DNA of 64,000 bases, taken from the IMG/VR virus record IMGVR_UViG_3300032326_001208, positions 1 through 64,000 of that record; one strand, given 5' to 3'. The stretch comes from a virus. Its lineage: Duplodnaviria; Heunggongvirae; Uroviricota; Caudoviricetes. Positions within the stretch are counted from its first letter, which is position 1, and each line of letters starts with the position of its first letter. The notes below the pieces were generated by a model. That model ran no database searches, had not been told where the DNA came from, and saw only the letters and a list, made by a program, of their open reading frames with translations. This document shows positions 8,756-18,224 of this stretch, piece by piece. Both the position numbers and the translations under genes were made by a program.

Positions 8756-10291
8756 ATGAAAATTGTTATAGTAGGTGGTGGAACAGCAGGTTGGTTGACT
8801 GCGGCATTCTTTGCAAATCAAAACCAATTATACAAAAAGGATAGATTAGAAGAAGTAGATGTTACTGTAATTGAAAGTTCTGATATACCAATTATCGGGG
8901 CCGGAGAAGGAACTACGGCATTAATGCAACAAATGGTAGCTACTCGTTTTTCTGCTTTGAAAAAAACCGAATTTAACTTTTTTAAAGGGTCACTTGCAGT
9001 GCCAAAATACGGAATACGTTTTAAAGATTGGAATGGGGTTGGTACTGAATTTTTAAGTCCTATACAACCTTCCGAAACTGCAGGATATAACGTAGATAGC
9101 GAATTTCTTGCTTCCTGTATGCAGGGTAATTTTTATGATTCATCCATAGCGGGACACTTTATGTCGAAAGGACTATCGGATTACCATATCAACGGTAAAG
9201 AAAATATGGGTATACATGGTTATCACTTTGATGCTCATAAAGTTGGTGAATATTTTAAAAGTGTTTGTATAGAAAACGGAGTAAAGCACATAGATGCCAA
9301 AGTTGATGATGTTAATATAAATCCAATAACAGGTGAATGTGATAGTGTAAAATTAGAAGGTAAGTTAATTCCGTTAGAGGCAGATTTTTGGATAGATTGT
9401 ACCGGATTTCATAGGAAGTTAATTAATAAAATGGGTGCAAAATGGATAAGTTATTCAAATGAACTTCCTGTAAATTCCGCACTACCTTATATACACAAAT
9501 ACGAAAAAGGACCTGAAGAAGCTAAATTAGAAACTTTGGCTTGGTCAATGCCGAATGGTTGGATGTGGCAAATACCAACGCAAGAAAGATATGGATGTGG
9601 TTATGTATATTGTGATAGATTTGTAAGTGATGATAAGGCGCTTGAAGAATTGGAAAAAACAACTGGTAGAAAAATACAACCGATAAGAAAATTAAGTTTT
9701 GATCCAGGTAGATTAGATAAATTTTGGATTAAAAATGTTGTAGCAATAGGGTTGTCATCTTCATTTTTAGAACCACTTCAAGCAACTTCAATCCATACAA
9801 CGTTATTGCAAGTGGATACGTTGTTCAGTAATTTCTTTTCTTTAAATAAAAAAGAATTTTTATTAGAACAAAATTTAAAACGATATAACAATATTATGGG
9901 AACTCTGGTAGATGAGTATAAAGACTTAATACGAATCCATTATCATAATAAACGAAATGATTCGGAATTTTGGAAGTTTTGTAATAACGAATTACCAATG
10001 AGTGATTTTGTAAGAGATATCATAGAGACTTGTCAATATAGAAGTCCTTCTACATTTGATTTTTCTAGTTACAATGGTTCATCTGGTTGGGGTGTTTGGT
10101 GTTGGACATTGTATGGATTGGAAACTCTAACCAAACCCGCAGTATTTAATACATTGAAAAAATATTCTCTTGTACATTACACAAAACACATGCACAATAA
10201 AATTATGCAGCGTGCGGATACGGGAGCTAAGTTATTACAAACACAGGAAGAATTTATAAAGGATTTAATGTCAGGAAAATTTTATAGATAA
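8756..10291 (+). CDS. FAD-dependent halogenase (tryptophan-halogenase family)
   Basis: IVIVGGGTAGW dinucleotide-binding motif, GAGEGT, and the flavin-dependent-halogenase signature WxWxIP (NGWMWQIP); about 510 aa as in PrnA/RebH. Confidence 0.75.
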   Translation: MKIVIVGGGTAGWLTAAFFANQNQLYKKDRLEEVDVTVIESSDIPIIGAGEGTTALMQQMVATRFSALKKTEFNFFKGSLAVPKYGIRFKDWNGVGTEFLSPIQPSETAGYNVDSEFLASCMQGNFYDSSIAGHFMSKGLSDYHINGKENMGIHGYHFDAHKVGEYFKSVCIENGVKHIDAKVDDVNINPITGECDSVKLEGKLIPLEADFWIDCTGFHRKLINKMGAKWISYSNELPVNSALPYIHKYEKGPEEAKLETLAWSMPNGWMWQIPTQERYGCGYVYCDRFVSDDKALEELEKTTGRKIQPIRKLSFDPGRLDKFWIKNVVAIGLSSSFLEPLQATSIHTTLLQVDTLFSNFFSLNKKEFLLEQNLKRYNNIMGTLVDEYKDLIRIHYHNKRNDSEFWKFCNNELPMSDFVRDIIETCQYRSPSTFDFSSYNGSSGWGVWCWTLYGLETLTKPAVFNTLKKYSLVHYTKHMHNKIMQRADTGAKLLQTQEEFIKDLMSGKFYR

Positions 10292-10722
10292 TGAATACAA
10301 ATATACAAAAGGTTATAGACCATTTAGAAATGAATGTAAAAAGCAAAATTGCACCATCACCGATTCACGGGATAGGTGTATTTGCAATTAAAGATATAAA
10401 AAAAGGAGAGCAAGTATTTCCACAATGGGATGGAGAAACGGGTGTGTATATGCTTCCCAAAGATAAATTAAAAAATTTACCAGAAGGTGTACAAGACCTT
10501 TTGGATATGTATTTTATAAACGAAGATTGTGGTTATAAATTATTTAGATTATTTAAAGGAATAAATTTCATTTGTCATTCCGTATCGTATTGTAATTCCG
10601 CATATCCAAATGAAGAAAATATTAATATAACAACCGAAGGAGTTGCAACTAGGGATATAATAGCAGGTGAAGAAATATTAGAGTGGTACACTGCTAATTT
10701 AGATTTGGAAAATTCAAAATAG
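10291..10722 (+). CDS. SET-domain protein (putative lysine methyltransferase)
   Basis: GIGVFAIKDIKKGEQVF ... ICHSVSYCNSAYPNEE ... IIAGEEILEWY resembles the SET motifs GxG, NHSCxPN and ELxxDY. Confidence 0.5.
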   Translation: MNTNIQKVIDHLEMNVKSKIAPSPIHGIGVFAIKDIKKGEQVFPQWDGETGVYMLPKDKLKNLPEGVQDLLDMYFINEDCGYKLFRLFKGINFICHSVSYCNSAYPNEENINITTEGVATRDIIAGEEILEWYTANLDLENSK

Positions 10723-10758
10723 AACTATATATTTATATAAACACTAAATATTAATACT

Positions 10759-11085
10759 ATGGGAGAACATCACGTAACATTACAAATTGGGGAAGATAAT
10801 TTAGTAATAGGAATTAATCCTGCATTTACTACAATTAAAGATGACGTTCAATATGATAATTGTGTAATTTGTGGAAAGAAAACACAATATAAAACAAGCA
10901 CACATATTGATATAAGAACTGGATATGTAGAAGGAGTTGGACAACTTTGTGGTATTTGTTATACCAAAGGAAGTTCAGCGGGTAGAGAACTTATTTCAAT
11001 ACCTAAATACCTAGTTGAACAATATCCTAATGATATGGAATTGGGTGGAGCTGTAAGGCAATATTATTGGGAAAATTATGGATAA
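10759..11085 (+). CDS. Hypothetical Cys-rich protein
   Basis: 108-aa ORF; CVICGKK ... CGICY suggests a zinc ribbon. Confidence 0.45.
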   Translation: MGEHHVTLQIGEDNLVIGINPAFTTIKDDVQYDNCVICGKKTQYKTSTHIDIRTGYVEGVGQLCGICYTKGSSAGRELISIPKYLVEQYPNDMELGGAVRQYYWENYG

Positions 11086-11265
11086 TTCATAACTCATTGA
11101 TTTTCAACACATTCATAACTCATTGATTTTCAATGGGTTATTTTTTGCCCAAAAATTCTTGATTGAGAATCAATTAGTTACGCTTTTAGGGGTAAAAATA
11201 GTCCCTTAAATATTTGGTAGATTGGTAACTATTTTGTAGTTTTAGGTATAATAAAAATTGAAAAT
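11086..11265. promoter_or_regulatory. Operator-rich intergenic region plus promoter
   Basis: Two direct copies of ttcataactcattgattttcaa, then the inverted element ttcttgattgagaatcaattagttacg, then atttgg-N20-ttttgtagttttaggtataataaaa directly upstream of the ATG. Confidence 0.55.
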
Positions 11266-11517
11266 ATGAGTAGTTTTGAAACAAATTTAGGTATTATAGT
11301 GGGTTCACATTTGAACGATGCTATGATTGAAGTTAGTATTAATCCACAATTGGCTAGTAAACGAATGAAGTTTGTAAAGGCCTTAACGTTCTTTAATGAA
11401 GATTTGACAAAAGGTGTAACCGATGACTATTGTGATTGGTTATGGAATGAATTATTTGAAAATGGTAGATGGGGTGGTCCTTATGTTAAAGGTACAATTT
11501 ATCATAAAGTTATTTAA
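11266..11517 (+). CDS. Hypothetical protein
   Basis: 83-aa ORF, first gene after the promoter region. Confidence 0.5.
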   Translation: MSSFETNLGIIVGSHLNDAMIEVSINPQLASKRMKFVKALTFFNEDLTKGVTDDYCDWLWNELFENGRWGGPYVKGTIYHKVI

Positions 11518-11527
11518 AATTAAAAAT

Positions 11528-11806
11528 ATGAATAAGCTAGTTTTTAAAGTTAATGAGAAGGCTTGCGTAGCTTTCCTTAAAAAGTATCCTTTGGTATGTA
11601 ACCTTATGGAAAATTCGGATGGTAAAGATTTGATGTCCGGTTATAAGAAGTTCTTAAAGTTAAAGGATATGAACGAATCAAAGTTGGGTGGTAGAGCTGA
11701 ATGTATCGGTTCAGTATCGTTTGGTACAAAAACATTTTACAAGTACGATTGGGACGCTTGTAGTGGTTGGGCTGAATTATTTCAATATTATAAAAGTAAA
11801 AAATAA
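11528..11806 (+). CDS. Hypothetical protein
   Basis: ORF trimmed to the MNKLVFK start, which abuts the upstream stop. Confidence 0.5.
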   Translation: MNKLVFKVNEKACVAFLKKYPLVCNLMENSDGKDLMSGYKKFLKLKDMNESKLGGRAECIGSVSFGTKTFYKYDWDACSGWAELFQYYKSKK

Positions 11807-11810
11807 GAAT

Positions 11811-12539
11811 ATGAATTTAAGTATTAAAGAGATTAACGAACTCATTTATTCGTTGGGTATTACCTACCATAATGGTAACTTTGTTAATAAAGAAGTTAAT
11901 GAATCTTTGTTAGAAAAATTATATGGTGAATTGAATTCTAAAATAGCCGAAGAAGCTATTGATGAAGAAGTTAGTGAATCAGATTGGTTTGATGAACCAA
12001 CTCAATCACAATTGGATGCTATTCAAAGATGGCTTAAAAACGGTGATGATTATGAAGATTGGGATTGGGATGGAAAAACTTTAACTATATACAATTGTAA
12101 TGGTGGTATTGAAAAATATACCTATCAGGACCTTTTAGATGTGAATGTATTTGATAATACGAATTCGCATTTTGTAAGTAACGAAGAAGCCGATGAAGAT
12201 TATCGTTCAACATTACAACAAGATTCAGATAGATATGAATCATCGGTTAGTAAAGATTACGATAACCACTTAAAAAATATAAGAGAACGTGGATATATTA
12301 CACAAGCTCTTTTAGATTATGTGGATAGAAAAGGTGCAGTATCGCATGGTGAATTGGAAACATACTATAAACAACTTACCGGTTCTAATAGTTTCTCACA
12401 CATTTTACAATCATTGAGAACGCCTTATAAGAATCGTAAAACACAAAGATATATAGCTAAAGAAGGTAAAAGATATACCGATGCTAAATATATCATTAAG
12501 GTAGCTAATCCATCAAATTGGATAATTGTAAATGATTAA
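11811..12539 (+). CDS. Hypothetical acidic protein
   Basis: ORF trimmed to the MNLSIKEINEL start; 242 aa. Confidence 0.5.
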   Translation: MNLSIKEINELIYSLGITYHNGNFVNKEVNESLLEKLYGELNSKIAEEAIDEEVSESDWFDEPTQSQLDAIQRWLKNGDDYEDWDWDGKTLTIYNCNGGIEKYTYQDLLDVNVFDNTNSHFVSNEEADEDYRSTLQQDSDRYESSVSKDYDNHLKNIRERGYITQALLDYVDRKGAVSHGELETYYKQLTGSNSFSHILQSLRTPYKNRKTQRYIAKEGKRYTDAKYIIKVANPSNWIIVND

Positions 12540-12561
12540 TTAAAAATAAAAAAATAAAGTT

Positions 12562-12831
12562 ATGGATATTAGAGAAAAATGTAGAGAGCGAGCTACTAAA
12601 TTCGCTATTGATTATGGGTTCACAAATGTAAGTGAACATATTTTGGATGTCATGGTTTCTATTATGTGTACAAGAGATAAGAGTTCTTATGCAGGTGGTG
12701 GTTTTGTACAGGCAGTAGTTGATAACAATTTGTATTTGGCTTTGAGTAGAGCGGATATGGATTGTAGAAACAACATTTATTTGTTGGTAATGTGCAAAGC
12801 AAATTGTTTTTGTAATGAGTATGAATTTTAA
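12562..12831 (+). CDS. Hypothetical protein
   Basis: 89-aa ORF. Confidence 0.45.
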   Translation: MDIREKCRERATKFAIDYGFTNVSEHILDVMVSIMCTRDKSSYAGGGFVQAVVDNNLYLALSRADMDCRNNIYLLVMCKANCFCNEYEF

Positions 12832-12853
12832 AAAATAAAAAAAAAGAAAAATT

Positions 12854-13087
12854 ATGGCAAGTATTGATATTGATATTGATGACATTCTATATGGGATGAC
12901 TAGTTGGGAAAAGCAAGAATTGGTAGATGAATTGTATGCCAATGGGTATGTGGCTAAAAAAGATGATGGTGCTAATAGTTCGGATGATGAATGGAATGAG
13001 CAAGTTCATAAACTATTCAACAACAAATGGAGATTGACAAAAGAAGATGAAGAAACAATTTTACGAATCACAAATAAATTAGTATAA
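12854..13087 (+). CDS. Hypothetical protein
   Basis: 77-aa ORF. Confidence 0.45.
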   Translation: MASIDIDIDDILYGMTSWEKQELVDELYANGYVAKKDDGANSSDDEWNEQVHKLFNNKWRLTKEDEETILRITNKLV

Positions 13088-13088
13088 C

Positions 13089-13358
13089 ATGAGTAACGAA
13101 AAATTTGATTTTTACATTGATAAAAAAATAACAATGTGGGTAAGGGAGCATCACACAATTGAATGTGAGACATTGGATGAAGCTAAAACTAAAATGATTG
13201 AGTGTTTCAAAAATGATAATTTTGATAATACATATGAAGATAGTGAAACTTTATATGGTACTGAAACCGATATGGAACCCGGTGATAATGGTGGTCAATC
13301 AACGGCTGAATTATTTTATAGTGATACCGATGAATTATTAACAACAAACATATCATAA
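13089..13358 (+). CDS. Hypothetical acidic protein
   Basis: 89-aa ORF. Confidence 0.45.
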   Translation: MSNEKFDFYIDKKITMWVREHHTIECETLDEAKTKMIECFKNDNFDNTYEDSETLYGTETDMEPGDNGGQSTAELFYSDTDELLTTNIS

Positions 13359-13359
13359 A

Positions 13360-13575
13360 ATGAAAGCATTAGAAGCATTTTTAATTGTAGTAGGATTGCT
13401 GTTATTATCAGCAATCATTTTGGCATTTCCAACAATGTGGTTATGGAATTGGTTAATGCCTCAAATATTTGGCGTAACACAAATTACATTATATCAAGCT
13501 ATGGGTATAAACTTTTTGGCAAATATTCTTTTCAAATCAAATGTAACTATTAAAAGAGAGAACAATGGCAAATAG
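13360..13575 (+). CDS. Hypothetical membrane protein
   Basis: 71-aa ORF with two hydrophobic helices. Confidence 0.45.
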   Translation: MKALEAFLIVVGLLLLSAIILAFPTMWLWNWLMPQIFGVTQITLYQAMGINFLANILFKSNVTIKRENNGK

Positions 13576-13735
13576 TATTACACTAGACGAACAGATGGAT
13601 ATTGAATTGATATTAGAAGAAGCATCTGCGTATGGATTGAGAGTAGAAGTTGAGGAATACGCACAAAGATATATTATTGAAGGTTTTACACCCGTAGAGG
13701 CATACCAACATGCATATTACGAATGGATTAAATAA
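13565..13735 (+). CDS. Hypothetical small protein (56 aa)
   Basis: ORF MANSITLDEQ...YEWIK found by eye in the gap before 13742; overlaps the previous stop. Confidence 0.3.
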   Translation: MANSITLDEQMDIELILEEASAYGLRVEVEEYAQRYIIEGFTPVEAYQHAYYEWIK

Positions 13736-13741
13736 TAAATT

Positions 13742-14056
13742 ATGTTAATAGAAAATTGGAATAAAATTTATGGTGAACATCTTTATACTAACAATGTAAT
13801 GTATGAAGTTTGTAAAGATACTATGACAGTTGCACCACAATCACATACATTAAGACTGAATCCTGTTAGAGGTGGTAATCAGGATAATAAAGCATTTACT
13901 ATTGTTATTACGATGTTGGATAAACGTATTGCATGTGGTGTCTATATAGATAACCAATGGAATCCAATTGAGATATTTGATATGTCTAAATTAGACCTAA
14001 AAAGAATGGATACATTTAAAAAGCTGTTATCAGCTAAAATACAAAATTATGAATAA
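13742..14056 (+). CDS. Hypothetical protein
   Basis: 104-aa ORF. Confidence 0.5.
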   Translation: MLIENWNKIYGEHLYTNNVMYEVCKDTMTVAPQSHTLRLNPVRGGNQDNKAFTIVITMLDKRIACGVYIDNQWNPIEIFDMSKLDLKRMDTFKKLLSAKIQNYE

Positions 14057-14417
14057 AAAAGAAGTGGAGAAATTGGCCGAATTATATTTTGATAGGACCG
14101 TTGAACTTTTGGGTGAAAGTAAATACCAATTACACACTCCATATTTAGTTATAGAAACTACACCGGAATCGGAAGGTATAGATAACGAATGGCATGGTGA
14201 GTATAACCCGGAAGAAAACGAAATTATAATCTATTCAAAAAATATAACATCAAAAAGTGACTTGGCAAAAACAATAGTGCATGAATACGCACATTATTTA
14301 CAGGATCCTAAATGGATGACACGTTATTATAATATGGGATACAAATACAACAATCACCCATACGAAAAACAGGCATTTATGGTGGAAGAATTAAATTGGT
14401 ATAAAGTATGCAAATAG
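14049..14417 (+). CDS. HExxH-motif protein (putative minimal zinc metallopeptidase); paralogue of 41591..41947
   Basis: KTIVHEYAHYLQDP ... GYKYNNHPYEKQA; the same architecture recurs in 41591..41947 (TILHEWTHAQQS ... GYKNNPYEIQA). Confidence 0.5.
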   Translation: MNKKEVEKLAELYFDRTVELLGESKYQLHTPYLVIETTPESEGIDNEWHGEYNPEENEIIIYSKNITSKSDLAKTIVHEYAHYLQDPKWMTRYYNMGYKYNNHPYEKQAFMVEELNWYKVCK

Positions 14418-14620
14418 AATTTTTAAACGCTAATAACTCTTTGTGGATAGTGAAAAGAAAGTTCAAAGCAGATAGTTGGTTTGTGCAAGGTTTATTCTCA
14501 AACAAATTTAATGCACAAGAAGTATGTGAATACTATTGTGTAGAAAAACTATTGAGAGGACCGGATGATACCCACTATTTAGTAAACGAAGTATCCGAAG
14601 CTGAAATAGTAAATGATTAA
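14408..14620 (+). CDS. Hypothetical protein
   Basis: 70-aa ORF. Confidence 0.4.
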   Translation: MQIEFLNANNSLWIVKRKFKADSWFVQGLFSNKFNAQEVCEYYCVEKLLRGPDDTHYLVNEVSEAEIVND

Positions 14621-14638
14621 CTTAATATTTATACACTT

Positions 14639-14965
14639 ATGAAATATAATCCTGAACAAGAATTAACCGATGAGCAAATGAAGGAATTATCCGAAGATGC
14701 TTTCTTTGAATATTTGGATAGTAAATCGGCATACCTAAAAGAACAATCAGTACCTTTGGACCAGTATCACGTTAAGAAGTTCGCATCAGTAACTATGGGT
14801 GGGAATATGTCAACAAAGCAATTAAAAAGAGCAAAAGAAATTGGTAGAGAAGGTGAGATGGTTCGTAATGATAAGTTAAAAGAAGCGGCTAAACATATTA
14901 CCGCAAAAGTTCCTGAATTAAATGTGAGGGGACATAAAACACATCGTTCACAGTGGATAGATTAA
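14639..14965 (+). CDS. Hypothetical protein
   Basis: 108-aa ORF. Confidence 0.5.
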   Translation: MKYNPEQELTDEQMKELSEDAFFEYLDSKSAYLKEQSVPLDQYHVKKFASVTMGGNMSTKQLKRAKEIGREGEMVRNDKLKEAAKHITAKVPELNVRGHKTHRSQWID

Positions 14966-14982
14966 TTAATAAATTATAACCT

Positions 14983-15150
14983 ATGGGTAAGTTTTATGAG
15001 AATTTAGATGACCTAATAAATTTGGTTAAGAAATTAGAAAAAAAAGATGAAGTTGCTATATTCATTTTAAGAGTAATAGCTTATGCAAAGGAGCACCCGG
15101 AATTATCAGTTCATCAGATAATAAAAGACGTTAAAAAGGAGAGATTCTAA
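14983..15150 (+). CDS. Hypothetical small protein (55 aa)
   Basis: ORF MGKFYENLDD...KKERF found by eye. Confidence 0.3.
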   Translation: MGKFYENLDDLINLVKKLEKKDEVAIFILRVIAYAKEHPELSVHQIIKDVKKERF

Positions 15151-15323
15151 CTCGTTGATAATCAATGAGTTATAAATCATTGAAAATCAATCAGTTACGC
15201 CCCCTAAAAAATTCTTGATTGAGAATCAATTAGTTACGTCTTTACCCCTAAAAATAACCCCTAAAATATTTGGTAGTTTCATGCCTTTTTTGTAGTTTTA
15301 CGATGTAATAAAACTTAAAAATT
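15151..15323. promoter_or_regulatory. Operator palindromes plus promoter
   Basis: ctcgttgataatcaatgag (16 of 19 positions self-complementary), then attcttgattgagaatcaattagttacg, then atttgg-N~20-ttttgtagttttacgatgtaataaaa upstream of the ATG at 15324. Confidence 0.6.
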
Positions 15324-15854
15324 ATGGCTACAAGCAATTTCCACAATGTAAACGCTACCCACATTTTCGCGTGTTCATTAGAGAACGAATGGGATTATGA
15401 AGATTTAGTAGATAATCTTACTTATGAATTTAAAAACCACGCCGATTGGTACGATGGTAACAAAAGTGACCCGCACGAATGTAGAAGTTTTCCTTCACGT
15501 GTTTTGGGTTCATTAACTAAAAGTTTTTCATACAACGATTTCAGTTTAGAAGTTTGGGTTTCACCTGTTATTCGTAGTGGTTACTATGAAGGTGTGAATT
15601 TAGATTGGAACGCTCATTATTTTATCAATGGTGATGAATATGAGATTGATGAATTAGAAAATGGTATTGGATATAATACAGCGTTATCAAATTCTAAAAT
15701 CAAAGCTTACGGTTTATTGGCTGAGAAAAAAGCTGAGAAGTTAAGGAATGAATTGGTTGAAGTAACTGAAAACATATTCAATGATTATTCTATGAAGTTA
15801 GGAGTTACCGCTCGATTCTCTAATGGTGAAACAATTTATCATAAAGTTGCCTAA
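15324..15854 (+). CDS. Hypothetical protein
   Basis: 176-aa ORF directly downstream of the promoter. Confidence 0.55.
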   Translation: MATSNFHNVNATHIFACSLENEWDYEDLVDNLTYEFKNHADWYDGNKSDPHECRSFPSRVLGSLTKSFSYNDFSLEVWVSPVIRSGYYEGVNLDWNAHYFINGDEYEIDELENGIGYNTALSNSKIKAYGLLAEKKAEKLRNELVEVTENIFNDYSMKLGVTARFSNGETIYHKVA

Positions 15855-15855
15855 T

Positions 15856-16017
15856 ATGAAAACGTATTACGATATAACAATGGTAACCGCCAGTGGTGAT
15901 AAGATTAAAATGAAAGGGGTATCCTATTCACTTATCACCCAGCTATCTTACCAGTTTGAATCGGTTAAAGAAGTTATCATTGATAAAGAATATTCAAAAA
16001 AAATTAGTAAATATTAA
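15856..16017 (+). CDS. Hypothetical small protein
   Basis: ORF trimmed to MKTYYDIT. Confidence 0.35.
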   Translation: MKTYYDITMVTASGDKIKMKGVSYSLITQLSYQFESVKEVIIDKEYSKKISKY

Positions 16018-16020
16018 GTT

Positions 16021-16233
16021 ATGAATAAGATAGAAGAATTAAAATCAGTAATTGGGAAAGATGTTTCCCAAAACTTTTCACCAACTTGTAGAGCAAGATT
16101 GGTTAAAGTAAACAAAGTGAATTCAACATTTGAATCAGTTCCATCACCTTACAATAAGTTTCCTAAACCGGAGTTTGTTGGTGTTAAGTACAAAGTACCG
16201 AATTGGATTGCTTGGAATAGTTTCTTTTATTAA
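16021..16233 (+). CDS. Hypothetical protein
   Basis: 70-aa ORF. Confidence 0.4.
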   Translation: MNKIEELKSVIGKDVSQNFSPTCRARLVKVNKVNSTFESVPSPYNKFPKPEFVGVKYKVPNWIAWNSFFY

Positions 16234-16250
16234 TCGTTAAAAATTAAGTT

Positions 16251-16466
16251 ATGATAAAAAGTAAAAAACAAAGTTTAGGAATTGAAATTGATTTGACGGG
16301 ACCTGATGGTAACGCATTTGTATTGATTGGTACTGCTACTAAATTAGCTAGACAATTGGGATTAGATGGTAAAGCTATCCAAACCGAAATGATGAAAGGT
16401 GACTACGAACATTTAGTAGCAACCTTTGATAAACACTTCGGACATTTTGTAACCTTATATAGATAA
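16251..16466 (+). CDS. Hypothetical protein
   Basis: 71-aa ORF. Confidence 0.45.
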   Translation: MIKSKKQSLGIEIDLTGPDGNAFVLIGTATKLARQLGLDGKAIQTEMMKGDYEHLVATFDKHFGHFVTLYR

Positions 16467-16470
16467 TACA

Positions 16471-16812
16471 ATGAGAAGATTTCGTTCACACTTTCCACCG
16501 GTATCCTTTCAAGGTATATTCAGTAAACAATGGTATATCATATGTAGTTCCGCTGGTGATGGTTGGGTAAAAGTAGATAGGAGTTATAGATGGGATGAGT
16601 TGGAAAAACTTTGGGATAAAATTGAGTATGGTGTTAAAGATAAAGTAACACCTGTTAAGAAAGAACGTAAGGAATACGAAGTAGCAGGTAGTAAAGGTAA
16701 TACCTACAAAGTGATAAATGATGAAGGTGTTTGGAATTGTAGTTGTCCTGCGCATAGTTTCGGACGTGGTAAAGATTGTAAACATATTATATTAATAAAA
16801 AATAAAAAGTAA
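16471..16812 (+). CDS. SWIM zinc-finger protein
   Basis: C-terminal WNCSCPAHSFGRGKDCKH matches the CxC..CxH SWIM finger. Confidence 0.5.
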   Translation: MRRFRSHFPPVSFQGIFSKQWYIICSSAGDGWVKVDRSYRWDELEKLWDKIEYGVKDKVTPVKKERKEYEVAGSKGNTYKVINDEGVWNCSCPAHSFGRGKDCKHIILIKNKK

Positions 16813-16815
16813 GTT

Positions 16816-17229
16816 ATGGGATTTTTTAGTTGGAAAACACAAGATACCGATAAGAGTATCGCTAACAAATATTCTATTCGTAGAACGTTTAGAGTACAAA
16901 TGATGGATAACAAAGGTAATGTATGGACCGAAGATGATTACGATGGTTATGGTGTATTTGGTGGTAAGGATTATTATGAATTACTTGCTGAAATGAATGG
17001 AGTAACATCGGTTTATGAGGGTGGTGAAAAATATACCTTTGATATGAGACAAGAGGGTATTAGTTTAGCATTTGGTAAAAACAATGGTAGTGGAGTTGGA
17101 ACGGATGGTGTGTACTATCCTAATTTAGTGGAGCAAGCTAATGGTTGGGTTTATCAAATGAGTGGACCTGATAGTTGTGATGAGCAGGGATTCTTTTATG
17201 GTGATGACGATGAAGATGAAAATTATTAA
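16816..17229 (+). CDS. Hypothetical protein
   Basis: 137-aa ORF with an acidic C-terminus. Confidence 0.5.
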   Translation: MGFFSWKTQDTDKSIANKYSIRRTFRVQMMDNKGNVWTEDDYDGYGVFGGKDYYELLAEMNGVTSVYEGGEKYTFDMRQEGISLAFGKNNGSGVGTDGVYYPNLVEQANGWVYQMSGPDSCDEQGFFYGDDDEDENY

Positions 17230-17253
17230 TAAACAAAAATAAAAATTAAAGTT

Positions 17254-17712
17254 ATGGGATTAGACATGTATTTGTACAAAAAGAATTACATTTGGCAAGG
17301 TGAATGGGTAAAGCCAGAAATAAAGCAAGAAGTAATTGTAAAGAAAGGCGGTGAGGTAGATAGTTCAATCAAACCTGAAAAAGTAAAGTATGTGATTGAG
17401 GAAATTGGTTATTGGAGAAAAGCTAATCAAATTCACGAGTGGTTCGTTCAGAATGTGCAGGATGGTAGAGATGAGTGTCAAGAATCTTATGTGAGTAGAG
17501 AGCAGTTAGAAGAATTGCTTGGAGTATGTAGGATTGTAAAGATTGATAAAAGAAAAGCTGAACAATTGTTACCTACCCAAAGTGGTTTCTTTTTTGGTGG
17601 GACTGAATACGATGAGTATTACTATCAAGATATTGATAACACAATTGAGATTTTAGAAGAAGCGCTTAGTGATGAAAAAGCAGATGATTTCGTATATAGA
17701 GCAAGTTGGTAA
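17254..17712 (+). CDS. Hypothetical protein
   Basis: 152-aa ORF. Confidence 0.5.
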   Translation: MGLDMYLYKKNYIWQGEWVKPEIKQEVIVKKGGEVDSSIKPEKVKYVIEEIGYWRKANQIHEWFVQNVQDGRDECQESYVSREQLEELLGVCRIVKIDKRKAEQLLPTQSGFFFGGTEYDEYYYQDIDNTIEILEEALSDEKADDFVYRASW

Positions 17713-17731
17713 ACAAATTAAATTATAAGTT

Positions 17732-18223
17732 ATGGGAGTTGATATTTCAGGCAGAAAGCCTACAACAAACGAAGGTGATTATTTCGGTTCTAATTGGTGG
17801 GGATGGAGACCTATCAATACGATTTGTCAATTAGCAGCATACAATTCTAAATTAAAGATTGATTTCTCTTATTGGGGTTCAAACGATGGTAAAGGATTGA
17901 GAACACAAAAGCAATGTGATAAGTTAGCAGATGCTATCGAACTATTGATAAGTGAGAGTATAGACTTTAATGAGTTTATGATGGACGATGATAATAGGGT
18001 TTATATTTGCTTAGGTAGTTGGGTTGAAGCTGGTACTGGTAGATTCATTCCATCTGAAAAGCAAATGGAATTAAATAAAGATTATCCTGAAGGTACGATG
18101 ATGTTCAGGTCAGTTGTAATGCCGGATGGTACATTGGCAGAATCATCGCATAGTACATCATTGGGTAGAATAAAACAATTCGTTACATTCCTTAGAGGAT
18201 GTGGTGGATTTCAAATTTACTAA
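17732..18223 (+). CDS. Hypothetical protein
   Basis: 163-aa ORF. Confidence 0.5.
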   Translation: MGVDISGRKPTTNEGDYFGSNWWGWRPINTICQLAAYNSKLKIDFSYWGSNDGKGLRTQKQCDKLADAIELLISESIDFNEFMMDDDNRVYICLGSWVEAGTGRFIPSEKQMELNKDYPEGTMMFRSVVMPDGTLAESSHSTSLGRIKQFVTFLRGCGGFQIY

Positions 18224-18224
18224 T

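Noticed and set aside
12505-12942. 145-aa minus-strand ORF
   Set aside because: Antisense to tightly packed + strand genes; Ile/Phe/Asn-rich translation typical of AT-rich antisense frames.
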